IMG/VR virus record: IMGVR_UViG_3300032241_002567
Span: 64,001 to 128,000 of that record
Strand: one strand, 5' to 3'
DNA: 64,000 nt
Source: a virus
The translations under genes were made by a program, and so were the position numbers. The notes beneath the pieces were generated by a model. That model was not told the DNA's origin. It ran no database searches and saw nothing but the letters and a program-made list of their open reading frames with translations. Numbering within the stretch: the first letter of the stretch is position 1; each line of letters opens with the position of its first letter. This document shows positions 39,971 to 48,810 of this stretch, in pieces.

Positions 39971-40567
39971 ATGATACATCTTAAAGATTTTAATTCTTAT
40001 GAAAATATAAGTGAAAATCTAAAATATCATATAGATAATGATTTATCTATTCTGGAAAATGTTTTTAGACCTGGTTCTGATTCATTTTTTTCTTTACTAA
40101 AAGAAGCAAGAGATTTATATGAAAATGGTTATGTTTCTTTTTCTGATTTAGATAAAGAATTATTTGAAACAACAGATATTGGTAAATTTGCTGAATTTGA
40201 AGGCAAATTAGTAGCGCTTGATTTCCCTTTCGAAAATGATGCCATTAAGGAAGAAGTTGAAGGAATTAATGAAAAGGCTAAATCTAAAAAAAGTCATCCA
40301 CAATTAAATCACCCAACTAGAAGTTCAGGTCCAAAAAAATACCAAGTCTATGTTAAAAATCCTAAAACTGGTAATATTAAGAAAATTAATTTTGGTGATT
40401 TAAAGGGTGGATTAACAACTAAAATTAATAATCCTGCTGCAAGAAAATCATTTGTAGCTAGACATAAATGTAGCACTAAAAAGGATAAAATGACGGCGGG
40501 GTTTTGGAGCTGTAGGATCCCGCGGTATAAAAATTTATATTCAGGCTCTTACAGCGGGTTTTGGTAG
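39971..40567 (+). CDS. Putative virion internal protein; acidic N-domain and basic C-domain
   Basis: Tag-like MIHLKDFNSYENISE; an INE site separates the domains; C-domain YVKNPKTGNIKKINFGD...ARKSF.ARH.C...AGFWSC. Confidence 0.7.
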   Translation: MIHLKDFNSYENISENLKYHIDNDLSILENVFRPGSDSFFSLLKEARDLYENGYVSFSDLDKELFETTDIGKFAEFEGKLVALDFPFENDAIKEEVEGINEKAKSKKSHPQLNHPTRSSGPKKYQVYVKNPKTGNIKKINFGDLKGGLTTKINNPAARKSFVARHKCSTKKDKMTAGFWSCRIPRYKNLYSGSYSGFW

Positions 40568-40590
40568 AGAAGGGAGGGTAAAACATTTAA

Positions 40591-41040
40591 TATTTTGAGA
40601 TAATAAAAGATTATACATTTCAAAAAGTATATAAATTTGAGTTAGATGATATTGATTATATCAGTATATTTGAGGGCAAAGATGATATTTGGTTTTTTGA
40701 ATATAAATTATATAACGGCTCATATATGGAAGTAAATAAAAATCCATATAAAATATTATCTTCTGTAGTAAATATTGTTAAAGACTTTATTAATAAAAAC
40801 AATCCTAATGTTATTATAATGAAACCTAAACTGGCATCAGGTGAAATTTTTATTGAAGGTGAATTAAATAAAAGAGGTAGAACATTTCTACAACTTTATA
40901 AACATTTTACAGATTTAAAATATTGCATTTTACAAAGTTCGGAATTACGACAAACCGTATTGTTTTTATATAAAAGCGATTTTAATATAAATGATTTAAT
41001 AAAGTCGAATTTCGAATCCTTTTCGAGATTAAAATATTAA
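40591..41040 (+). CDS. Hypothetical protein with a damaged 5' end (frame open from 40591, first ATG at 40726)
   Basis: 45 in-frame sense codons precede the ATG (YFEIIKDYTFQKVYKFELDD...); out-of-frame KHL immediately upstream. Confidence 0.5.
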   Translation, partial: YFEIIKDYTFQKVYKFELDDIDYISIFEGKDDIWFFEYKLYNGSYMEVNKNPYKILSSVVNIVKDFINKNNPNVIIMKPKLASGEIFIEGELNKRGRTFLQLYKHFTDLKYCILQSSELRQTVLFLYKSDFNINDLIKSNFESFSRLKY

Positions 41041-41072
41041 AATTTAATATATACTAAAAATAATTTATAAAA

Positions 41073-41462
41073 ATGAAATTAAAAAATTTTTTACAATTTA
41101 ACGAAAACATGGATATGGATCATGAGATGCATCGTAATGACGAAAATACTCATTACATGTTTTTTGAAAATCTCAGAACTATCAAAAGATTAGTTGATGA
41201 GCTATTAACCTTAGACGAAACAGAAGTAGATGAAATATTAGAAAGCGGACATGACTGGGCTGCTGATCATATTGCAGTTGCTAAGGTAGATATAGAACAA
41301 GTTTTTGACTTCTTAGTAAATAACACAGAAGAAGACATGGATTTTGAACATGAAGAAGATATGGATAATATGATGCATGAAACACCAGAAGAAACTGATA
41401 TGGAAGACATGGAGGATTATTCATCAGATGGAGAAGAATACGGAGAAGATGAAGAAGAATAA
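41073..41462 (+). CDS. Acidic putative virion internal protein
   Basis: Tag MKLKNFLQFNE; YMFFENL..IK...GHDWA.DHI; promoter at 41045-41053. Confidence 0.7.
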   Translation: MKLKNFLQFNENMDMDHEMHRNDENTHYMFFENLRTIKRLVDELLTLDETEVDEILESGHDWAADHIAVAKVDIEQVFDFLVNNTEEDMDFEHEEDMDNMMHETPEETDMEDMEDYSSDGEEYGEDEEE

Positions 41463-41727
41463 TTATAAATTTCCATTTGAAGAAAAAATTGAAGAAGGAT
41501 TTTATATTCGCAAATTTGATTCCGAAACTGATAAAGAAAATTTTGTATGGCATCGTGATAAAGAAGATAGAATTATAAAATGCACACATGAAACTAATTG
41601 GATGTTTCAAATAGATAATGAACTACCAATAAAATTTGATAAAACTATTTTTATAGAAAAAATGGTTTGGCATCGAGTGATCAAGGGAGATGGAGATTTA
41701 CAACTTAAAATAAAAAAGCTAATTTAA
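41449..41727 (+). CDS. Small cupin-like protein (start probably 41449)
   Basis: VWHRD.E.R...W.FQ.DN..P...I.I....WHRVIKG.G.L. Confidence 0.6.
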   Translation: MKKNNYKFPFEEKIEEGFYIRKFDSETDKENFVWHRDKEDRIIKCTHETNWMFQIDNELPIKFDKTIFIEKMVWHRVIKGDGDLQLKIKKLI

Positions 41728-41795
41728 TAAATTGGCTTTTTTATTTAAACCTCAATATAATAATTTTATATAAACCAAAAAATAATTTAGTAATA

Positions 41796-42167
41796 ATGAA
41801 TTATCTCCACAACAAAGACTTATATATTGAAATTGTAGTAAGCAAAGCACAAGGAAAACTTACAAAAAATGCTAAATTAATGTTAGAGTTATTAGCCAAA
41901 AAAACTATTAAAAAAATGCGTTATTGGTCTAATGACGACAAAATGGATTGTTATCAAGGCGGACTTTTAGATATGTTTGCTAATTGGTATAACTTCAATG
42001 AAGAAAAATCCGATGGCAACGCATTCGCATATTTCACAGAAATATTCAAGAGAGGTCTTGCTAAATCTTTCAATGAATTATACAAAAAGAAAGGTGACCC
42101 AACACACTCAGTTAAATTGATTAGTTTAGAAGGGTCCAATGACGGACAAGGATTACACTCAATATAA
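41796..42167 (+). CDS. Late-transcription sigma factor (T4 gp55-like)
   Basis: YLHNKDL...NFNEEKS.GNAFAYFTEI matches the gp55 region-2 pattern; no region 4. Confidence 0.8.
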   Translation: MNYLHNKDLYIEIVVSKAQGKLTKNAKLMLELLAKKTIKKMRYWSNDDKMDCYQGGLLDMFANWYNFNEEKSDGNAFAYFTEIFKRGLAKSFNELYKKKGDPTHSVKLISLEGSNDGQGLHSI

Positions 42168-42216
42168 GATTAATTTTATTGCTAAAACTCTTTTTAATTT
42201 TTTCTATATATAGTAT

Positions 42217-44070
42217 ATGATAAAAGAATTAGAAGTAGTTATTAATGGACATAGGACTAATTATGACTATTATAAAAAATTGGGGTATGACATCAATTAT
42301 AGAAAGCCCTGTTTAATTAAGGTAAAAGATTTATTACCTGGAAGTGTAATAAAAATTACATGCATTTGTGATAACTGCGGCGCAGAAAACAAAAATGTTT
42401 TCAAAGATTATTATCTTTATACTGAAGGATTAACAAAAGAATATCTTTGTAATAAATGTAATAAACAAAAGGCAAAAGAAACATGTATAAAAAAATATGG
42501 TGTTGAAAATCCTATGAAATCGACTTTAATTAAAGATAAATTGAAACAATCTTTAATTGATAAATATGGAGTAGATCATTATTCGAAAACCGAAGAATAT
42601 AAATTAAAATTTAAAGAAACAAATTTAAAGAAATTTGGAACTGAAACTCCTTTACAAAATTCAGAAATAAAAGAAAAAATAAAGCAAACTAATTTAGATA
42701 GATATGGAGTGGAATATCCACAACAATCAGAAGAGATAAGAAAAAAATCTGATGAAACTAATTTAGAAAAGTGGGGATTCAAAAAATATTCTCAAACACA
42801 GGAGTGTAAAAATAAAATTATCAAAAATCAATTTCAAAAATGGGGCACTTACTATTCCAATACTGATGAATACAAACAAAAACTCAAACAAACAAACTTA
42901 GAAAAATGGGGATTTGAATATTATTCACAAACTTCGGAATATAAGGAAAAAAATAAAAAAACTAGCTTAGAAAGGTGGGGAGTTGAGCATTACTCAAAAA
43001 CCGATGAATTTAAAGATTTTGTTAAAATTAAAAGAGAATCTTTAACTAAATTAAGATATGAAAATTTGATTGGTAATGAATATAGTATAATCTCTTATGA
43101 GAATAGATTATTTTCACTTTTTCATAAAAAGTGCGAAAGAGAATCTCAAATAAACCGCGATGCTTTATATGCAAGATTAAATTTAGAAATTTGTCTATGC
43201 ACGGAGTGTTATCCTATTGATATTCAACAATCTTTTATGGAAATTGAAATGCAAGACTTTTTAAATAATTTAAATTTAACTTATGAAGTTAAAAATAAAA
43301 AAATTTTAAATGGTTTGGAATTAGATATTTATTTTCCTGAATATAATTTGGCCATTGAAATGAATGGAACCTATTGGCATTCGGAAATTTATGTTGATTC
43401 AGAGTATCATTTAAATAAAACTTTGCTTTGCAAAGAGAAGGGAATACAACTTTTGCATATCTGGGAAGATGATTGGAAATATAAAAGAAGCATAATCAAA
43501 TCAATCATATTAAATAAATTAGGTTTAATTAAATCCAAAATTTTCGCAAGAAAATGCCAAATTAAACTTGTCGAATCTAAACAAGCAAGAGAGTTTTTAG
43601 ACATTAACCATATTCAAGGATTTTCACCCTCACAAATAAAATTAGGTTTATTCTATGAGAATAAACTGGTAAGTTTAATGACATTTGGTTGGCGATATAC
43701 TAATGGTAAAAAAGAATATGAGTTAATAAGATTTTGTAATAAATTAAATTTAAATGTTATTGGTGCTGCTTCTAAATTATTTTCGTATTTTCTGAAGAAT
43801 AATCAAATAAATGAAATTATATCTTATGCCGATATTTCATTATTTAATGGTGCTATATATAAAAAGTTAGGTTTTGAAAAGATACACTTATCAGAACCGA
43901 ATTATTTTTGGGTAATAAGTGGTGTTAGAAAACACAGATTTAACTATAATAAGAAAAGATTAATAAAAGAAGGTTTTGATTCAAATAAAACTGAAGTTGA
44001 GATAATGCATGAGCGTGGTTATTATCGTGTTTTTTCTTGTGGTCAAGAAAAATGGATATATAAAATCTAA
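42217..44070 (+). CDS. Putative homing endonuclease (Zn ribbon, T.LEK[YW]G repeats, PD-(D/E)XK/Vsr-like and Hef-like domains)
   Basis: CDNC/CNKC; about 8 KYGV/KWG repeats; ELDIY.PE..LAIE.NG.YWH; IWEDDW; ARKC; ELIRFC. Confidence 0.8.
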   Translation: MIKELEVVINGHRTNYDYYKKLGYDINYRKPCLIKVKDLLPGSVIKITCICDNCGAENKNVFKDYYLYTEGLTKEYLCNKCNKQKAKETCIKKYGVENPMKSTLIKDKLKQSLIDKYGVDHYSKTEEYKLKFKETNLKKFGTETPLQNSEIKEKIKQTNLDRYGVEYPQQSEEIRKKSDETNLEKWGFKKYSQTQECKNKIIKNQFQKWGTYYSNTDEYKQKLKQTNLEKWGFEYYSQTSEYKEKNKKTSLERWGVEHYSKTDEFKDFVKIKRESLTKLRYENLIGNEYSIISYENRLFSLFHKKCERESQINRDALYARLNLEICLCTECYPIDIQQSFMEIEMQDFLNNLNLTYEVKNKKILNGLELDIYFPEYNLAIEMNGTYWHSEIYVDSEYHLNKTLLCKEKGIQLLHIWEDDWKYKRSIIKSIILNKLGLIKSKIFARKCQIKLVESKQAREFLDINHIQGFSPSQIKLGLFYENKLVSLMTFGWRYTNGKKEYELIRFCNKLNLNVIGAASKLFSYFLKNNQINEIISYADISLFNGAIYKKLGFEKIHLSEPNYFWVISGVRKHRFNYNKKRLIKEGFDSNKTEVEIMHERGYYRVFSCGQEKWIYKI

Positions 44071-44081
44071 ATATAGTAAAT

Positions 44082-44540
44082 ATGAAAACTTGGGAATTGA
44101 TAAGAGATTTTGATATTAAAGACTTCAAATATGAGAAATCTGATGATAAAATTTTAATTTATCCTGGTGAAAAATATATTGAATTAATTAATAAATTTAA
44201 TAATGAAGAAAATTTAAATATATCTATTGATTTTTTTACTATTTTTGTAAAGGATAATATTTTATGTGATTTTGAAAAAGGAATACATTTTATATTAAAA
44301 CGATTCTTAACATATAAGTTATATAAATTGGTTATAGAAAATGAAAAATATTTGATTATAAATCAAAATATTTTTTCTTATCCTACTATGCGGGAATTAC
44401 ATTCTCATTATGAATGCTCTGAAAGCGAAGATATTAAAAGCATTTATACTCAAAATTTTGTATTATATTACATAGATTTAGGTGATAATCAAATAGAAAT
44501 TCTTAAAAATCAATTAAATTTATTGGAAATTAATATATAA
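44082..44540 (+). CDS. Degenerate paralog of the downstream GNAT-like protein
   Basis: DFEKGI...TYKLYKLV..NEKYL aligns with DFEYGI...GYKLYKLV..HEKWI of 44545..45219. Confidence 0.55.
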   Translation: MKTWELIRDFDIKDFKYEKSDDKILIYPGEKYIELINKFNNEENLNISIDFFTIFVKDNILCDFEKGIHFILKRFLTYKLYKLVIENEKYLIINQNIFSYPTMRELHSHYECSESEDIKSIYTQNFVLYYIDLGDNQIEILKNQLNLLEINI

Positions 44541-44544
44541 TTAT

Positions 44545-45219
44545 ATGAGATTTTTAAAATTATTTGAAGAATTCGCTATTAAAGAATTGCATACACTTAT
44601 AGATAATAATCTATCATATATTAAAATACCTGATGCTAATAAACCAATTTCAACTTCGAATAAAAAATATAATGAAATAATTAATTTAATCAAAAATTAT
44701 AATATATCTAATTTTGATTACTATAAACATGAATTTGAAGATATTGAAATAACTCCTGATAATAATTTTAAAAAATTATTATCTAATTTAAATAAATATT
44801 TATCAACGGAGGATATAATTGATGTTAATCAGAAATTTCAATGTAGCATTACTAGTATTTTTAATAATCAATTTGACTTTGAATATGGAATTCCAAAACC
44901 TATAAGGAAATTAGGTTTAGGATACAAGTTATATAAATTAGTATTATTTCATGAAAAATGGATTTTATCAGACTTTCGGGTAAGTAAACCTGCAAAAAAA
45001 ATTTGGTATCATCTTATGCTAGATAAAGATTTATTGTGTTTTACATCAAATTATTACTCAGGTGTCATACTTAAAACTATTGATAATTCGTTAATAAAAT
45101 CTATTTTAGATAAACTTAAACCTAAATATCAGGATCATAATATAGAATATATTTTTGATGATTATTTGAAAGATAAAATCATGGAAATATATGGTGATTT
45201 ATATTTTTATAAAAGATAA
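44545..45219 (+). CDS. GNAT-like acetyltransferase with a capsid-tag-like N-terminus
   Basis: Tag MRFLKLFEEFAIKE; acetyl-CoA motif IRKLGLGYKLY; SD...S..AKKIW..L; promoter at 44531-44539. Confidence 0.6.
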   Translation: MRFLKLFEEFAIKELHTLIDNNLSYIKIPDANKPISTSNKKYNEIINLIKNYNISNFDYYKHEFEDIEITPDNNFKKLLSNLNKYLSTEDIIDVNQKFQCSITSIFNNQFDFEYGIPKPIRKLGLGYKLYKLVLFHEKWILSDFRVSKPAKKIWYHLMLDKDLLCFTSNYYSGVILKTIDNSLIKSILDKLKPKYQDHNIEYIFDDYLKDKIMEIYGDLYFYKR

Positions 45220-45325
45220 ATTCTAACTTTTTTAATAATTCCTGATTTTTTGCTATAAGTTTTAATCTTTTAACTTGATTAGAACGGTTAGTTTTATAAG
45301 GTTTAGATTTTCTTGCTTTTGCCAT
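45179..45325 (-). CDS. Small basic protein (48 aa), absent from the ORF track
   Basis: MAKARKSKPYKTNRSNQVKRLKLIAKNQELLKKLE...; preceded by AATATATA. Confidence 0.5.
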   Translation of the reverse strand: MAKARKSKPYKTNRSNQVKRLKLIAKNQELLKKLEFIFYKNINHHIFP

Positions 45326-45394
45326 ATTAATTTTATATATTTTTTAAAAATTTGTTAATTTTAAAATTTCTTCTTATTTTTATGAAAAAAATTT

Positions 45395-45688
45395 ATGAAA
45401 AAAGTTTTTTTACAATATTGGGAAGAGTCCGAAAGAGGATGGGGTGTTAGACCTGACGGATGTTCTATACATCTATCTTTAGAAGAACATAAAAAATATG
45501 TAAATTCTATTTATAATGAAAGGAAAACACACACGCAGGTTCCATATGAATATGATAGACCAGTTGGTGAGCCATTATTAATTATGATAAAGGATGACTT
45601 ATATGAAAATATAAAAAATGGTTCACTAAGATTGATGGAATACGAAATGAATAATTTAATAAAATTAGAAGAAATAATTATATTATGA
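45395..45688 (+). CDS. Hypothetical protein
   Basis: WEESERGWGVRPDG.S.H motif, 97 aa. Confidence 0.7.
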   Translation: MKKVFLQYWEESERGWGVRPDGCSIHLSLEEHKKYVNSIYNERKTHTQVPYEYDRPVGEPLLIMIKDDLYENIKNGSLRLMEYEMNNLIKLEEIIIL

Positions 45689-45990
45689 GATTTTTAGCAC
45701 CACTTTTTATATGGATGAAATATTACCATATAACAAAAAATAGAGATATTTATAAAGGAGATATTTTCAATTTACCAAAATTATCTACTTTATTTTATAT
45801 TACCAGATTATTATATCCTATTTGGTTAATAATTGGTTTATTCACAGGAAAAATAATATTTATTTTATTAGCTATATTAGGTTTAATAAAATATTTTATT
45901 TATCCTGTGATAAAAGGTAAACCATATAGAATATATGAATTAATAGAATCGGTTATTTGTTGCACTTTATATATAATATTATTATTTTAA
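45685..45990 (+). CDS. Small membrane protein
   Basis: Three hydrophobic segments; ATGA-coupled. Confidence 0.65.
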   Translation: MRFLAPLFIWMKYYHITKNRDIYKGDIFNLPKLSTLFYITRLLYPIWLIIGLFTGKIIFILLAILGLIKYFIYPVIKGKPYRIYELIESVICCTLYIILLF

Positions 45991-45991
45991 T

Positions 45992-46246
45992 ATGTCTTTA
46001 CCAAATTATAGTAAATGCTGTCAAAAGGTACAAGTTGTTTGCATAAATAACGATAATAAACCTTCCATTTTAACTGTTGGTAAAATATATGATGCAATTG
46101 ATATGGAAACACAAACACATGTTACTAAATCAAAGGAATATAATTTAACTTCAGATGACGGATTCAGAGATAATCATTCAAAACATTTGTTTATAACATT
46201 ATCTGAATTTAGAGAAGAAAGAATAAATAAAATTTTAGAAGATTAA
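45992..46246 (+). CDS. Hypothetical SH3-like small protein
   Basis: VVCI...LTVGKIY...; C-terminal REERINKIL. Confidence 0.65.
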   Translation: MSLPNYSKCCQKVQVVCINNDNKPSILTVGKIYDAIDMETQTHVTKSKEYNLTSDDGFRDNHSKHLFITLSEFREERINKILED

Positions 46247-46764
46247 CTTTTCTTCTTCCCAGGATTTAAATATCTATCAGTTATTATGGTAAATTCAAAT
46301 CCTTTCTTTTTACACCATTCAATGCAATATTTCCACTTATCTAAATTTTTCGAATATTCTTTTAGAGAATATTCGAAATTTTTTAATTGTTTTGCAGTTG
46401 GATTTGCTTGTAATTTTGGTGGTTGAGTTTCATGTTCTGGTTTTATTTCAGCTACAACTTTTGCGATTGAGCCATCAGCTTTTTTTATTTCATAATAAAA
46501 ATCCGGAAAGTAAGTATGCTCTGTTAAAGTCATTTCTAATAACTTATTATTCCAAGCATTTTTAGTATATGGTATTTTTATAAGTTCAGTATTCCAATAA
46601 ATAATATTTTCATTATTATCTAAATAAATCATAAATTTTTGTTCAAGACTTGAACGATAAAATAATCCACCCTGATTATTTAATTTAATACATTTATTTT
46701 TATTTTTAGGAATAAATAACCCTTGCTTATATTTACTAGATTTGTTTGGGGCTGAATTTAACAT
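46243..46764 (-). CDS. Head completion nuclease (T4 gp4-like, TnsA-type)
   Basis: YKQG.F.PKN..K, YRSSLE..FM..LD, IPY, YFPDF, EIKP, N..KW. Confidence 0.88.
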   Translation of the reverse strand: MLNSAPNKSSKYKQGLFIPKNKNKCIKLNNQGGLFYRSSLEQKFMIYLDNNENIIYWNTELIKIPYTKNAWNNKLLEMTLTEHTYFPDFYYEIKKADGSIAKVVAEIKPEHETQPPKLQANPTAKQLKNFEYSLKEYSKNLDKWKYCIEWCKKKGFEFTIITDRYLNPGKKKS

Positions 46765-46806
46765 ATTATAAAATTAATTTCCGATATATATTAAATATAT
46801 AATACT

Positions 46807-47487
46807 ATGGGAGATTTAATCAAAATAGTTAAGCATGAATATCCTAATTTAGCAGAGAGCTATAAAGAAAATACTATGTTTTTTTATGATGCTTATCAAA
46901 AAAATTCTGCAGATGTAACTAATATAAATGTTGGTAAAATGCAATTAGGAGCATTTTATTTCCTTCAATATCAAGATGATTCAAATTGGATGCAATACTC
47001 ACCAATTTTTACAGTAGATTTTAGAAAATTTGGTGATATGATTATAATTCTCGCTGTCAATTTAAATTTTATACCTTTACAAGTCAGAGTTACAATTTTT
47101 GATAAATATATCACCGAAAAAGATTTAGAATCTAATACTTTATTTGATACGAATTATGAAAGTGTTTATAAATCATTTTTACAATATGGTTACGAATATG
47201 CAATAGTTGAATATAATATGAAACAAATTAAATTCGTACATAAAATTAAAAATTCTTTAATTCCAAAATTTTTATATTCTGGATTTCCAAAGAACAAATA
47301 TGACCCAATAAAACTATATAGCATTTGGAAAACAAAACTCAAAACCAGAGATAAAAGACATCAAGAAATGATGAACGCAGATATAAAAGATTTTTATGAT
47401 ACAGAGAATGAAATATTAAACGATTATAAAGCGCTGGAAAGCCATATTGATAGAATAAGAAAAAGTTATGGAAAATATGGAAAATAA
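46807..47487 (+). CDS. DNA end protector-like protein (T4 gp2-like)
   Basis: G.FYF..Y, SPIF, AVNLNFIP..R; divergent from the gp4 homolog. Confidence 0.5.
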   Translation: MGDLIKIVKHEYPNLAESYKENTMFFYDAYQKNSADVTNINVGKMQLGAFYFLQYQDDSNWMQYSPIFTVDFRKFGDMIIILAVNLNFIPLQVRVTIFDKYITEKDLESNTLFDTNYESVYKSFLQYGYEYAIVEYNMKQIKFVHKIKNSLIPKFLYSGFPKNKYDPIKLYSIWKTKLKTRDKRHQEMMNADIKDFYDTENEILNDYKALESHIDRIRKSYGKYGK

Positions 47488-48418
47488 TATTTTTGGATTA
47501 AATACTAATTTAGATGATTCAGAATTAGTTTTAATATCAGTGCCTTGGGAAACAACAGTTTCTTACAGAAAAGGCACATCTAATGGGCCTAAATTTATTC
47601 TACAAGCTTCACCACAAGTAGACATGTTTGATCCAGATTTTCACAATTCTAATAATAGTTTTTATATGCTTCCTATAAATGAAGATATGAGATTATTTTC
47701 GTTGGAATTACAAAATTTTACAGAGACAAATAAAAATATAGTAAATGAAGGTTGTCAAAAAATGGTTAATTGGGTGTATGAAGAAACAAAAAAATATTTA
47801 CCACTAAAAAAAATTGGATTAATAGGTGGTGAACACAGTATATCTTTGGGTTATATAAAGGCTCTGTCAGAATTACATAATTTTGGCATATTACAGATAG
47901 ATTCTCATTGTGATTTAAGAAATTCTTATAATGGTTTAATATACTCTCACGCTTCTATTATGCATAATGTTTTAAAAATTAAAGAGGTTACTAAATTAGT
48001 TCAAGTTGGTATAAGAGATTATTCTAAATCTGAATTTGAAACGATTCAAAATTCCGATGGAAGAATTATTACTTTTTTTGATAATGATATAAAAGATACT
48101 ATTTATAAAGGGGCAAATTGGCATTCAATATGTCAAGAAATAATAGATTGCCTTCCTTATAAAGTTTATATAAGTTTTGATATAGATGGTTTAGATCCAA
48201 AATTATGCCCTGATACCGGAACACCAGTTCCTGGTGGATTTGACATGTATCAAATTTTTTATTTATTAAAATTATTAAAAGAATCGGGTAAAAGAATTAT
48301 TGGATTTGATTTAAATGAAGTTAGCAATGGAAATTATTCGGATGATACGATCAATTCAATAACTGGTGCTCGTGTTTTATATAAATTATGCAATTTATTA
48401 TGCAATTCAGACAAATAA
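47468..48418 (+). CDS. speB: Agmatinase (ureohydrolase/arginase family)
   Basis: GGEHS, DSHCD, SHAS, GIR, SFDIDGLDP, TGTPVPGG, DLNEV. Confidence 0.88.
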   Translation: MENMENNIFGLNTNLDDSELVLISVPWETTVSYRKGTSNGPKFILQASPQVDMFDPDFHNSNNSFYMLPINEDMRLFSLELQNFTETNKNIVNEGCQKMVNWVYEETKKYLPLKKIGLIGGEHSISLGYIKALSELHNFGILQIDSHCDLRNSYNGLIYSHASIMHNVLKIKEVTKLVQVGIRDYSKSEFETIQNSDGRIITFFDNDIKDTIYKGANWHSICQEIIDCLPYKVYISFDIDGLDPKLCPDTGTPVPGGFDMYQIFYLLKLLKESGKRIIGFDLNEVSNGNYSDDTINSITGARVLYKLCNLLCNSDK

Positions 48419-48810
48419 AATTAGAAGATATAGATTATATAATTGAAATTTTTAAACAAAAATCTTTACTTTGTGCAGATGGAAAATATGTTAGTAAAGA
48501 TTGGATAGAATGTTTTATTAACAACGGATTTGCATTTTGTTTAGAAGAACAAAATGAGATAAAATCTGCTCTAATTGCAGAAACTATTTTAATGAATGGT
48601 GTTTTATTATGGATGATTGCTGTTAAAGAAGAATTGAAGGGACAAGGTTATGGGCAAAAACTTTTAACTTTTTTTGAATGTCAAATGAAAGAATCAGGAA
48701 AAAAATGGATTTTTCTTAATTCTACTCCTGATTCTAAATCATTTTACAGAAAAAATGGCTTCTCCACTACTGATTTTAGTTTAGTATTTGAACATATTAA
48801 AGAATTGTAG
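48388..48810 (+). CDS. GNAT acetyltransferase
   Basis: IAV..E.KGQGYGQKLL...FYRKNGF. Confidence 0.85.
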   Translation: MQFIMQFRQIKLEDIDYIIEIFKQKSLLCADGKYVSKDWIECFINNGFAFCLEEQNEIKSALIAETILMNGVLLWMIAVKEELKGQGYGQKLLTFFECQMKESGKKWIFLNSTPDSKSFYRKNGFSTTDFSLVFEHIKEL

